DNA of 64,000 bases from Yuukianura sp. NJ FZ-2021 (Eukaryota). Positions within the stretch are counted from its first letter, which is position 1, and every line of letters starts with the position of its first letter. The notes under the pieces were generated by a model. That model made no database searches, had not been told where the DNA came from, and worked only from the letters and a program-made list of their open reading frames with translations. The stretch is taken from NCBI GenBank assembly GCA_046563655.1, contig CM102283.1:3286001-3350000 (forward strand), in the 5' to 3' direction. This document shows, piece after piece, positions 20,693 to 34,676 of this stretch. Both the position numbers and the translations under genes were made by a program.

Positions 20693-22186
20693 CATGATGG
20701 TTCAGCAGCAACAACGTAACGAATCCATTCCTCCGCAGACACCTTCATCGTTTTCAGGACCAACGCAGCAGCAGCAACAACAACAACAGCAGCAACTTAC
20801 GACAGTTGATCGTGATAAGATCTACGAATGGATCAACCAACTCTCAAATGCAGAGACTCGTGAAACAGCTCTGCTGGAATTATCGTAAGTCAAACGACAA
20901 GAATTTACTTTGAGTTAAGGAATGAATTGGAAGTTCATGAAGATTCTCATGAAGTCCTAACTTTGTCTCAATCTTGCTCACAGGAAGAAACGTGAGGTCG
21001 TACTTGACCTGGCCCCGATGCTTTGGTACTCTTTTGGAACAATGGCTGCACTTTTACAAGAAATCGTGGCCATTTATCCGTACATCAACCCACCCACTCT
21101 CACTCACCAACAGTCAAACAGGGTAAGCCAATAAAGTTAAATTAACTTTAACTTAAACTTTTAACTTTAGTTGACCTTAACTCGAAACTTGTCTATTTCT
21201 TTAGGTATGCAATGCCCTTGCCCTGCTCCAAACCGTCGCTTCTCACAATGAAACTCGGACAATGTTTTTACAAGCCCACATCCCACTTTTTCTCTATCCA
21301 TTTCTCCACACGATCTCAAAGACTCGACCATTCGAATACCTCAGACTGACCAGTCTAGGTGTCATTGGAGCTTTAGTTAAGGTAAGAACTTAACAAAGTT
21401 AAGAAAGTTTAACATGACTTTGAACATGATCTGTCTCTGTGTTGTAGAATGACGAACAGGACGTAATAAACTTCCTGCTGACAACTGAAATTATCCCGCT
21501 CTGTCTGCGTATCATGGAGTCTGGAAATGAGTTGTCCAAGACCGTTGCCACTTTTATCTTACAGAAAATCCTGCTGGACGAGTCTGGACTCAACTTTGTC
21601 AAACATATGACCGATTCTCTCATGTGGCCATGATTTTAGGCAAGATGGTGCTTTGTCTGGCCAAGGACCCCAGTGCACGACTTCTCAAGCATGTAGTACG
21701 ATGTTACCTTCGTCTCAGTGACAATTCAAGGTAAGTTGACCTCGTGACCTCTTATGTCACTGGATATACTAAAAAAGTAGTATTGACATTGCTACTTTTT
21801 CTTCATTCAGAGCACGCGAAGCCCTTCGGCAATGTTTGCCCGATCAGCTGAAGGACGCTACGTTCACGAAAACTCTGAAAGATGACAAGTCTACTAAGCA
21901 CTGGTTGAGCCAATTGCTCAGGAATGTTGAGACAACTCAGCCAGCATCAGCACACTCCAGTGGTCCAGATCTCATGGTCAGAGCTGGCGGACTCAACAAT
22001 ACTGCTGGAACGCCTGGAGGTTGGTGCCAAAACACACTTTTTTGAATTCAAATAGCGTTTTTGAAAAATGGTTTTCTAACGGTTTGAAAACGTTTGATTG
22101 AAGGCTCGACGATTCCATTTTCTTCATTGACAGACGGGAGAGGCCCACTCCCCCTTCCACATCTTACCTACGACCGTGACCATTGA
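20657..22186 (+). pseudogene. CNOT9: Rcd-1/CNOT9 duplicate lacking the original first exon, with a 4-bp frameshifting deletion
   Basis: Colinear with 1263-2802. AACTATATTTGTCAA in copy 1 is AACTTTGTCAA here (about 21594), giving a premature TGA at 21631-21633. Homology continues through 3' flanks to about 22800 (versus about 3410). Confidence 0.85.
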
Positions 22187-23549
22187 TGACTCCATGTGTA
22201 AGCGTTGAAGACGCTTTTACGGCCGGTCAACACTAATTTACGATTTACGAGTGTAATTTACGGTTTTACGAGTCACCTGATTTCCAACGTGATAGAAACT
22301 GCGGGAAAATTTTAAAAAGAGAAAAAATACGATAGTTTAAAAAGAGACATAAAAAAAGAGGTGACATCGTTTTGCGACTGATTGAACATATAAAATAATT
22401 CATAATTAGTGAATGTAAAAAAGTAATTACTTTGTGTATATAATTTACAATTTTTCATAACCAGTGGGACGAATTCGTTCAAATAAAAACTTAAACGATG
22501 AATTCGGTGGACTTTTAAAAAAAATATTTTTTTTTAAACAACTGGTGTCGAATTTTCAAAAAAATCGCCAATTTTAATTCAGTTTAGCACAGAAGATTAA
22601 TTTTTTACTGAATTTTCTTTTTTGTGTTATACAATTTGGCTCTTTAAGTCCTAGTTTACAAAGCATTAACTTTGAACTCTTAATTAACTTAAGTTAGTTA
22701 ATTAATTAACGTTGAAAAGCAATTTTAAAAGTGGTTAATAAGTGTAGCTCATTAGCTTTCTTATAAGAAAATTAAATTGTTGATTCTAAACTCTGTCCAA
22801 TTGATCATGTTTTTTTAGAGCAAGGCCTTCAAGTCGTCATTCGCTGTGGATCTGTCGTCGTTAAGTTCAAGTTTGCATATGAGTTAATTAGTCTAAGTTA
22901 ATTAACTATTTAATTAACTTAAATAATTAGTTAAAATCTTAGGCAATTGATTTCTTTCCTATTGAGTTAGCCCCCTACCCCGCCGGTTGATATTCTACAA
23001 CAGATGATGGCACATTCAATTGATCAATTAGTTAATTAGTAATTAACTAATAACGTTATTGCCGTTAACGTATACAGTTAACTTAGTAAAAGCAAGAATG
23101 AAGTTAGGTACTTAAGGAAAATTCACACAGAAGTTGCATAGTGTTGGTGTAGTTTAGGATAAGTACAGAGCAAAATTCACTCGATGAATTAAAATAGTAA
23201 TTAAAAGTAATTAATTAAATTAAAAACTTAAGCCTTAAAAGCTATGATTCAAAGTAATTGAAGCATAAACAGTTTAGCATTGGACAGGTAAATTATCAAC
23301 TTTGAAATTTCACAATTTTTTGGTAGAAATTTGTATAACCCTGCGGCGTGAAACTTACTTTTCGACGTCAAACTTTTCTGGATGGCGATGGCGTGAAACT
23401 TCTGTTTTCCTGAGTGAAACTTTGCTTTCTGCGAAGCGTGAAACTAGTTGCTGGTGTGAATTAATTGGTAAAATTTGATTCCTTTCATTTTCATATGGGT
23501 GGGTCCATGTTTCGGTATTTGAGTTCCTTTAATTAACTCAATTAACTTA

Positions 23550-24275
<726 letters not shown>

Positions 24276-25772
24276 CTAATTAATTAACCGGGTATCGCTA
24301 ATCGCTAACTAATCGCTGGTATGATTTACCCGTAACACGAAATTGCAAATGTTGTAAGTCGTCACTAAATCGTCACTTTTAGCTCGTTGACGTTAAAAAT
24401 ATCATGCAAGGTTTGTGTTTTTCCTTAAAGAAGCATTGATAGCTGTTGAATTTTTTTTCCTGTTTATCACCAGTTGCAATTTCTAATTAAACTGCCAGCC
24501 TTTTCCTTATAGGTAGACTTTTAAGCAATGATAGGAGTCAAAAAATATCGGGGTGGTCCCCGTCGTTCCCGGTCGGTTATGGATGTAGAAAAATGCATGA
24601 CTCATTGAAAAGCACAGACAATTGACTTGATCATGAAAGACCTGACGTAAGCACTATCGATCAAAAGTATCCTTGATTCCTGGAAATGAACAAATGAAAC
24701 ATAAACAAATGACTGAATGACATGAAACATAAGTGATCCACTTTCCGCTAACTTAGGTAATCATGAGGTGAAAAATTTGTGCCAATTTGTTGGTTTCGTT
24801 TACCTTCCTTCCGTACGAGAAACTCCAGTTACCAATTAATCGGAATCTTGTGATTAATTGCAAGTTTATAATCAAAAACTGAGTTGTTGATTGGCGATCG
24901 TTTGCTAAAAAAGACTCGATCTGCGTTCATACAGTTTTTTACACAGTAAATCTTAAGTTCTCAATCGCAAGATCTGAAGCAATGTGCAAAGATGAATCAC
25001 TCAAGATTCAAATTCTAAAGCAAGAATTCCAATTTTACATTTTTTTTAGCCTTTTTCTTTTATCAACAAAAAAAAATCTCTGAATAGGAATTTAAATGAA
25101 GGCGCCCTTTCTATGAACTGAAAACTGTGATCAGTTTGCATTGTTTTTAAGACAGACACTAACTAAGCCATTTAATATCAAGTGTCAAAGTTAATTTTTA
25201 TCAAAAATTGATCAATTTTAACAAAGCTATCTTCAAACTATGGGGTTAAATGTGCCATTTTTCAAAAAGGTTTTTTTAAAGTTTCAAAAATGTTATTGTC
25301 ACAAAAACTAAACGTGAGATTAGCTGCTGAGATTTTCATTTAGAAATTCAAAATGCTTTCCCGCGAACAAAAAATTTTTTAACGAAAAGGTTGGAGTAAG
25401 GTTTAATAAGAAGAATGAATCCACACATGGTCGCAATTCTGCATCTCCTATGCATGGCTGCACAACTCTGCTACTTCTGTTGCCACTTCGTGTGGCGTAT
25501 TTTTTAAATTCAAGTGGCTACAAATGTTTCCACTAAATGTAGTCGCCTATCATAAATCCACAGGTTGCCGGCGTGGCTACAACGTGCGAATGCAACAGTA
25601 GTTGTTTATGCTTATCTCAACCGAACTGAACAAATCATAATGTTGCTGGAATTTCACAAACTCTTCTAGTAACTTACTTACTAATTAACCGCCGCTCGTT
25701 CATTAATAATTAATCGACTGATTAATTGATTGGTTTGTGTTGTATGTACTTATATTGAATCACGAATAAAGG

Positions 25773-26927
25773 ATGTCTACTACCTTGGAATCGCTGCTAT
25801 CAGATGACAGTGATTCCCGCTTTACTTTATTATCGGGTAACAAAATCTTACGAATTTTAGCTTTTAATGTTAAATGTGCTCAGCTCAAGTCAAATTGCTG
25901 CTGTCAATTAGTTTTAGTTTATTGTTGTTCATCATCTCTTTTTGCCTTTAGTGGACCACGGAGCGTCATCAACCGTTACGGATCTGCTCAATCAATTCTG
26001 CAAAAATCACTCTGCTCCTATGAAATACAGCCTCCATCTTGTCTCTTTTGCTCTCGATTTCTCTGCGTGGGCCGGAAACGACTTAGTAGATGCAACTCTT
26101 TACGATTTCCGAAAAAGTTCGTTCGTTGGCCTAGGTATAACATGACATAAACTTACTACTACTAAAAACGCTGTTAGCACTGACTGACATATAATTCCGT
26201 TTGTCAATTTACAGCCGACTTGATAAAAAATTACACGAGGAGTGAAAGGACAACTGTTCGGAATGTCGTGATCATTGATGACCTGGAGCTATTCCTAATC
26301 AACGCAGACAAAGACTACGGACGGTGCTTGTATTTCTTCAAACGGTTGACCCAGATAGCCCAAGTCTTTGGCGTGATTAACCGTGACAGTTGTTCTGCCA
26401 AAGATTTAAGATTTTGTTACTCTCAGGCCGACAATGTTATCACACTGGAACGTGTCCACCAACCCTCTGATGCTCAAATCCTTTGCAACGTTATTACGGC
26501 AAAACCGAGTGGAAAATTGTTGCACAAGGTAAGAAATGGATGTCGTTGGGAAAACTTTTCCCATCGCTCTGTACTGAGATAACACAAATCTTTACTTATC
26601 CTCTTCAGCAATCAAGTTACAACCTTGCGAATGGAAAATTGTGTGAAGTCCAAAAGAAAGGATCGAATGACATAACTCAGAATCGAGACCAAAACTTGTC
26701 AAAGTTGACCACTTTTAAACTGACGATTGAGGATGAAGAGAAAGAATCCAGAGACAGACTTCACTTGCCCTACTTCAAGTAAGTCCGCAAAAACAACTTA
26801 TGCTAACAAGTTTCCCAATTGACTGTTTACAACGTTGCTCCAAAAAAAAAATTTCAGTGCGCAGTCAACCACTATTTCTACAGAAGAAACCATGTTTGAC
26901 GATGATGAAGATGATGAAGAGATTTGA
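25773..26927 (+). CDS. Elp5: Elongator complex protein 5-like (5 exons)
   Basis: Approximate exons 25773-25836, 25952-26133, 26215-26528, 26610-26778, 26858-26927. VVIIDDL, KPSGK, TTFKLTIEDEEKESRDRLHLPY and the acidic end FDDDEDDEEI match the Elp5 C-terminal pattern. Confidence 0.7.
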
Positions 26928-27089
26928 AAAGATTACGAGGCCAACAATTCGCAATTCAAATCGCCTATTGCTCAAATTCCAGCTTTATCCTAGCTCCGTC
27001 TTCCAGTATTTTGTTACTGATTAAGGATAAGGTACGAAAGATACTGCAGATAATTTATCCAAAGAAAAATCAAGTTTAGTTCCATACCT

Positions 27090-27185
27090 GTTAGCTAAGG
27101 TTTCCAAGATAGTTCGATAACCTGTTATCCGAGGTTTCCAAGATAGTTCGATACGTGTTATCCGAGGTTTCCAAGATATCGAAGA
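27090..27185. repeat. Short tandem repeat, about 33-bp unit x3
   Basis: (TATCCG)AGGTTTCCAAGATAGTTCGATA repeated, bracketed by GGATAAGG (about 27024) and CCTTATCC (about 27194). Confidence 0.6.
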
Positions 27186-27782
27186 TAATATATCCTTATC
27201 CGAGTTTTCAATCAGCTTTCTTTTTACCGAAAATATAATCACAAAGTCCAGCTACTTTTGCATGTTTCTCTGCATTCCGCAGTGTACCTTTAGATTTCTT
27301 TTTTTTTTCAAAAAATGTCTTGAATTAGTTTTTTGAAAGTGTTTGTATGAAGTGTGCAAAGCGGAAGTTATTTACTACACGTTTTAACATTTGGTAAACT
27401 ATAAGATAAGTACGTGATTACTCAGCAGTTTGTCACTCCTCAATTGCACAACTTCATGTTAAGGACATGACGACAGGATAAGAAAACTTTTTTATTTGAG
27501 TTGACGTTCTTTTGTGGCTTTTTATCACGTACACTTCCTTTTTCCTTTGAAAAACTCAAAATCATAAAGTTTATAACTATTTTTTTTTACTAATAGAAAT
27601 GCGTCATCATTTACTCTTAGAATTCTCTAGAATTTAGAATTTCCAAAATTTAAAACAGTAATTGAGATTTATGTTTGTTTATCTTTAGCTAAGTAATTTT
27701 TTTATTTAAAAAATCCAGAATTCTTAACCTTTTTCTAGAAAAGGTTAGTCAATACTTTCTAAAAATTTTACTTTTTTACTTT

Positions 27783-30666
27783 TTATGATCCAAAGTAATT
27801 AATTACTGACTGTCTTCTGTTTTTAGGAATGGAGTTAGTTGGATGTACTTGACTCACAAATGACACAACGGACTCCCTTCGTCCACTTGGCCCACTTTGT
27901 CCAGACGGTCCTGGACACACCATGTTTCCAGCAGCTTCGAAGTTGACTCTGCGAATAGACGTGGCTGGGATGAACGCTTTTTTGGTCCGGCGGGAACTTT
28001 TGCCGGGTTTGAAATTCCAGAACTTCTGAGACTTTGCGAAATCATTCGCCTCTTCTAAAGTGTCTGGAAGGCTCTGATGCAGTGTCTCTGGAAGACAAAT
28101 GGAACAGAGGATCCCAATGAACGAACAGACTGCAAACACATAGTAAGGAATACTCGCGTTCGTTCTTCCCTAAAAACCAAAATATTTTCAAAATTTCAGT
28201 TTTCACAATTTTTGAAAATTTTAACTCACCAGGTTCACAATCGTTGGCATTCCTAAGCACAGGACTTGACTCAGCATTCCAGTGAAAGAAATTCCAGTGG
28301 CTCTGAACTGTGTTGGAAAAATTTCAACTTCCTGCACAATTGCTACCAGAGAGGTCAAGTTTATCGAAAATCTAAAATTTCAAAATTCGGAAAAAATTTG
28401 TCGATGTTTTTGTTTTCGGTGTTTTTACCTAAAATGTTGTGTTCTGACTTTTTAGAAAAACTTACTTGGACATGATGATACACACAGTCATGAGGATAGG
28501 CGAGTGTATGTTGAAGGCAGCGACGAAGCACGTAATCGCTGAAATTGTGTAAAAGCTGGCCGGCGTCCAGCGTCGTCCGACGACCTGCATGAGGTAGCCA
28601 CCGAGAATGCTGGACGGAATTTCGATTATGGCCAACAAGAAGAACGAAATGAACTGGTTTCCAGGCATATACGGAGCATTTAGTGTTATTCCACCGTAGA
28701 CAAATCCATTCATGGCCCTAAAGTAATTAAAAGTAACAATTAATTAACATAATTAATTTATCAATTAATTTAACTGGATTTGTGTTTGGTTACATAGAAA
28801 ATGCGAGAAGAAGGGCGTTGAGTGCTATGCGAGGTTTCCTTAGTAACTTGATCATGCCGACGAAAGGGGCGTAGCCATCCGGTTTGGAAGTTCCCTCGGC
28901 CAATCGCTTCAAAGACGCTTCCAGCTCTTCATCTCGCAACTTTTCAAAAGTGCCGTTGATTTTGGCCACTTTCTGAATGACTTCCTTTGCTTCTGAGATT
29001 CTGCCAACGGAGATGAGCCACCGTGGAGACTCGGGAATGTAGAAGAAGGCAATGGCTGCAAAGAGGAACAGAGCACGGGGTACGATTGCACAGATGGCGA
29101 TGTAGAACCAGTTGCGCATCAAGTACACCATGGCTGGAACTGCTGCCATACCGAAGACGTATACTGTAAAAGTAGTGGCGCTGATCCAAGAACGAAACTC
29201 TGAAAAAATGATCATCTATTATAAACTAATGAGAAATTACAAGGCAGAGGTAATTCCACAACTGTAATCTATGATATACTGATGAGAAGTTACAGCACAC
29301 ATGTAATTCCGCAATTGCGATTTTGGGCTAAAATTCACGATCACGATAGTGTATTTTCCTAATTTATGGCAAGGTTAAAAAATTCCAAAACATTGTTTTT
29401 CTAAAATACCATCACACCTTTCAACTTTCTAGCTTACTAATTATTAGGCCAAAAAAAAATTCGGAAGATTGAACTGGGGGTAGGGAAGGCCCAGTAAGCC
29501 CGCGAAGCAGACTGGTCATTCTTAACTTTTTTCTTTTAATTCAAAAAATGATTTCGATTTTGGAAAAGTGATTTTGACTACTACTTTTTGTGATTTTTAG
29601 ATATTTGAGCTTACGACTGTCGGTGAGTTCCTGGACGATGATGTCTGCACTGGCTCCAATAAATGAATTGAACACTGACAAGGCCAAAAATACTGGAAAG
29701 TGTCTTGGCAAAAACAGACGAGCAATTGCACAAATGTTGTCGATGATTGTGAACAGAACGAAAATGCGTCGGCGGCCGTATCTGCACGTAATCAACAATT
29801 TTCAAAACAAAATGGAAAAAAAAATTCTAAAGTTTTAAAAATTACAAAAGTTTATTTTTATATAGTACTTGTCAATTATTGGACCGAGGATGACCGTGCC
29901 GAGGGTTCCGGCGATTCCACTGACAGTGAATATGATTGTGATGTACTTTTGCTTGTCACAGACCCAGTTGTACTCTGAGGGCATCGTCAACTCAAGTTCT
30001 GACCGGTCATACTCCCACCCATGTTGACATGCCACTTCTGTCCCGTCGTCACTCCGCATGCGACAACTCGCAAATGTCTCCTGCCCATCCGGCCCAATCT
30101 CTCTACAAACAAAAGTCCATCTTATCCAGTAAGTATTTGTTGGAACTTTCGCAAAATTATGACATTTTGCCCTATATTTGGACTTTTTGACTTGTATTTT
30201 GACCTATATTTTGACGTTTTGACTTGTATTTTGACATTTTGACCTATATTTTGACTTTTTGACTTGTTTTTTGACTTTTTGACGTTACCTTGGAATTGTA
30301 TAGTTTTTCCACTGTTCGTAGGTGGAGTAGTTGTGTTGCCAGTTGGGGTCATGACACCAGTGCTTGGGAATGTAGAAGACATAGACGAATGCACTGCCCA
30401 GGGAGTACAGAATGGCCAGTGGGCAGATGAAGGCGTAGAGGAATCGCTTCTGGAACTTCCCCTGCGGGTTGATCACCTCCAGAATATCTTCAAATCCTTC
30501 GTACTCGTCAACCCAGGGCTCCAAAATTCAAAAAAAGTGAGTTAAAAAAAATTAAAATTTTGAAGCATTTTTTTTTTAGTTTTTTTAGTTTTTTTTTTGG
30601 AATGGTTGAGTTTTTTGTTACCACAGACCCCCTGCGGTTAGACGTCTTTTTCTTTTCATTTGACAT
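27783..30666 (-). CDS. Organic cation transporter-like MFS protein (SLC22 family), multi-exon
   Basis: FEDILEVINPQGKFQ, CQHGWEYDRS...MPSEYNWVCD, DKYGRR, IPESPRWLISVGR, EIPS...VVGRR, SICLPETLHQSLPDT. Likely ATG at 30666. Confidence 0.9.
30165..30285. repeat. Intronic degenerate TTTTGAC tandem repeats
   Basis: Repeated tattttgac/ttttgact units read directly. Confidence 0.6.
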
Positions 30667-31874
30667 CACTTAATTTTCTTTTATCCCTCAAAAACGCAAT
30701 TTTTTTGCACTAAAACTTTACAAAAGAACCTAAACAACAAGGGTTTTGAAAAAGTGAACGCACATTGAAATTGAAAGTGTGGTGTGTAAATTGGACTGTG
30801 TTTTGTACTATGACGTTAGTTGTTAGATGTCTGAGGAGTTGTGAGATTTGAAGTAGATGGAATTAGATTAATCCTGTCTAATTGTTTGTTCAATTGACGT
30901 TGAATTGGGGGGATGATCCTCTTACTTTTATTTATGCTCAGCATCTTTCAACATCTTCAAAAAAAAAACACATTCGTAATGCGTGTGTTGAAATTCTAAA
31001 GTTGAAAAAGTTCATGTTTACCAACACATCTCTCAACGCAGCAAAATCCAAAAGTTTATGTAGTTTATTTTTTCAAAAAAGTTCATAAATACAAAAAAAA
31101 ATCCGTGCAGGAAAAAATGCTGTTTGACTTCCTTCCTCATGTCAAGAGGTCATTGACCCTAATTTTGTCTTCCGAGTTCAAAATTTTCGTAAAAATTGTT
31201 TTCGCATTGAATGTTTCGCATTTTTTTTTGTTGCAGAAAGGAACTGGGTCATGGCAAGCCAAGAAGCATTGAAAAAGCGACGCTGTTTGCAAAAACTGGA
31301 ACTATTTCCAATCGCTGAATGCTGCCGTGGTTGTTCTTATCGCTGCGCGGAGGTTCCAGTATAAAATGCATCTAAAAAGCGCTGCTATCGGAGTAACTTA
31401 AACAGCAAGCGTTGGGCCATCCCGCATTTGTGCGGAAGTTTGCGGCCTCTGCGGTTAAGAAACGGACAATAAACAGAATTTAACTTCTGTTCTAAAACTG
31501 TATTGACTCCAATGAGGCTCAATAGGCTCCCAATTATGTGTCAGTGTCAAGTATTACACTTTCTACTAAGAATTCTTAGAAATTAACACTTGATTAAAGT
31601 TGAAACTTCTTTTTTGCAATTTTGCAAATGCTAAAAACTTTTTAGTAAAAAGCGTGCGGAACTTGAGGACCTTGAACGCTTACATCACCGGATGCGTCCT
31701 AATCGCTGTTTACCAGAAGTAGAACACAAAGTTTAAGGAAACGGAGTCAAAGTTTTAGTTTCTGCACAAACTTTTAGGCTTCTTACTTAGGGGACAAAAA
31801 AAAATTGCAAAAACTCAAAATTTGCAAAATTTTGAATTTTTGGATTCCGAGGGTGTAGATGAATTCAAACTGTC

Positions 31875-34168
31875 ATGAATTTGTCGGTGGTTTTAGTTTT
31901 GATTTTTGTTCCGAGTCTGTTTGCCTCTTTGGATCACTTGTCATATAGGGTGATTTAGAATTTAAAAAAAAAAATTAAGATTTTGGAAAATTTTGAAATT
32001 TGAAAGTTTGGACTAATTTTTTTTGTATTTGCAGATAGTTAAACGTCAGGTTGAGGATGATGACCTGGAGGGGTCAGCAGACGGAAAGCCAACTCGAGCA
32101 GATGATGACAACTCTCCGGTGAGATTCACTTGCTTTTTCTGAAAATTTAAAAAAAAGAAGTTTTTTCGAAAATTTTTTGAAAATCTTCTTTTTTGAAAAT
32201 ACAGGATGATGGAGCCGGAGATCCAATTCTGGAAGGCCCTTCACCCACCACCGAAGCTCCGCCCACAGCCACAGTTCCTCCGGTTCTAACTTCCGATTCC
32301 GAACAAGCTCCGCCTCCAGCCCCTCCTACCACAAGTGAAGTAGATGCTGAAGTTCCCACCGAACCACCAGCGGTAAGTTTCTGTCAAAATTTCAAAAATT
32401 TCGAAATTTTGAAAGAAACTTCAAAATTTTTAACATTTTGAATGCTAAAGATTTGTCTTTTGTGATACAGGTTCCACCAGCCGAAGTCGAAGTAGCACGA
32501 ATTCCTCAGGAAGAAACCCCGCCCTCTCCAGTAACACCTTCGCCTGAACAGCCAATCACGGCAACAGTAACTACTGCGCTTGCCCCACCAGAACCAACCC
32601 CACCTCTGTCTCAACCGCCAGCACCAATCCAAGAGAGAGCAGAAACGGAGGCTCCGCCCCCAGCGACATTGGCAGAAAATGCAACTCCTGCGCAGGACGA
32701 AACTGAACAAGCTTACCCTGCAAGGGCCCCACCCCCGGTACCACATGCCCCACGTCGAATTGGTGGGGCGCATGTTCCGGAAAGATTTGATGGTGAAGGT
32801 GACGACGAGGAGCCGAGAGCTCCGAATTCCAATTCAACCGACTCCGATTTCTCGATTGACGTAAAAACAAATTAAGTTGTAGTTAATTTTAAGCGTTTTT
32901 ATTGAAAAATTCATAAAAGTTCAAAATTTTGAAACTGTTTTTTTATCGTTTTTTCTATATAAGGATGGAAAAAACCAAACCGTGACTCTTCCTACCACTT
33001 CATCCGGTTCAGACAAACCAGAATCGACAACAAATCTGGAACCAATCAGCGATCAGCAACCACCAACCAATGATGTAAGAGTGAAACATGCACTTGACAT
33101 GCATAAAAAAAAGTTTCTAAACTTTTTTCCAAAAAATAAGTTCATAAAACGTTTTTGGGAAAAAGAAATTCTAGAAAAAAAGGTTTTTTTTTAAACCGGT
33201 TTTGTGTTTTCCAGAGTTTGATTCCCGCTCCAGGTTCAAATTCTAACGGGACAGAAGTAGCACCTTCCGGAATTGACACAAAGCCAGGCCAAGGAATCGC
33301 TGCCAGCACTGGAGCTGATGGTGCTGACGCTCCAGAATCGCTGGAAACCGTTGATTCGAAGAAATCAGATAGCTGGAGTATCATTCCCGTTGACGAACTG
33401 AGTCTCCTCATCTTCATCCTCCTCTGTCTCATCCTGATTGTCATTCTGCTCGTCTGTTGTTTCATTCTACAACACATGACACACTGGGCCATCATCAGAG
33501 TGGACCAAAGTCATGCCCAGACTTATGCCAACGTGTGTCCAGTCAAGTCAGATCCAGAACAAGGCATGGCCAAATACACGATTGAACCAGACGACAAGGA
33601 AGGAGCAATTGAACTCACCAGTTTTTCAAAATGTCCCGCCCCTTCTACTCCCAAAACGTTTACACTTGAACAGAGTCGTAAAGCAGAAGTACATCGCAGT
33701 ACAGTCGAAGTCATTCTGACTGGCGAACCTTCACCGAAACCAACTTCGGCGTCAAAACCAATCGACATCGCAACGATCAACGACAGTCGGTTGTACCCGG
33801 TTCAAACTCATCGTCCGACTTCGGATCCCTGGATACGTGACGTTCTCAAAAAAATTGAAAATGAAGATGCTCAACAACCGGAACCAACTCTGCTCAAAAC
33901 GTTCACTCGACCACCAAATCCATCAATTGTGTATCCAGAACGTGACGTTCCGACGAAACCGTTTGTCACAAAGGTTTCTGTCAACAGCATTTCATCAACA
34001 ACTAAAAAAACAGTCACAGAAACTGAAACAGTCGAAACGATTAACGGTAGTAGACTAAACGTAGACAAAACGATGGGCGGCAGTCATTCCGGATCAAGAA
34101 AAAGTTTTGATGATTTGAGTGGAGACGAACTGGATGACTATTTGGACAATTCAGACTTTCCGGTCTAA
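31875..34168 (+). CDS. Orphan mucin-like type I membrane protein (signal peptide, Pro/Thr/Glu-rich ectodomain, one TM, long cytoplasmic tail)
   Basis: MNLSVVLVLIFVPSLFA signal; several PT/E-rich phase-0 exons; TM LSLLIFILLCLILIVILLVCCFIL in ORF 33155-34168. Confidence 0.7.
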
Positions 34169-34334
34169 AATGGCATCACTGTTTTTGTGAAAAAATTAGT
34201 TTTTAGAGGAAATAGTTATGTAATTTAATTATATAATTAACCTAACATATATTATTCCTGCCTCCTAACTATAAAAAAATATACATATACCAATTCATAA
34301 CTGATAACTTGATACGATAAAGTGGAAATTAAAT

Positions 34335-34522
34335 AAGAAGTTGACCTTGACCTTTCACCTGGAAAAAAAAGTAGCCTATCGAGATGACATTTAATACTGA
34401 ACATCCCGGAATTCACCAGTTATCCAGATAGCCGTTTCCAATAGATTTCAGATAGAATTCCGACGGACGGACACACAGACAGACAGATAAGGTTTAATCC
34501 ATAAAGTAGCTTTCGCTACTTA
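34335..34522. mobile_element. Helentron/DINE-1-like (HINE) non-autonomous remnant
   Basis: TGACCTTGACCTT motif, (GACG/GACA)n microsatellite near 34461-34487, terminal hairpin AAAGTAGC-TTTC-GCTACTTT near 34503-34522. Confidence 0.45.
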
Positions 34523-34676
34523 ATTAGGATAACAATGAACGATTCATAAGAAAGTGCCATAATAAATGGGACTATGAAACAATAAAAATGTTAATTATTT
34601 TGATAACTGAGACTTGATTATCTTATGGTGAGTTAAGTGTTAACAGTTTCAGTAAGCCGCGAGCTCTTCCAGAAAC

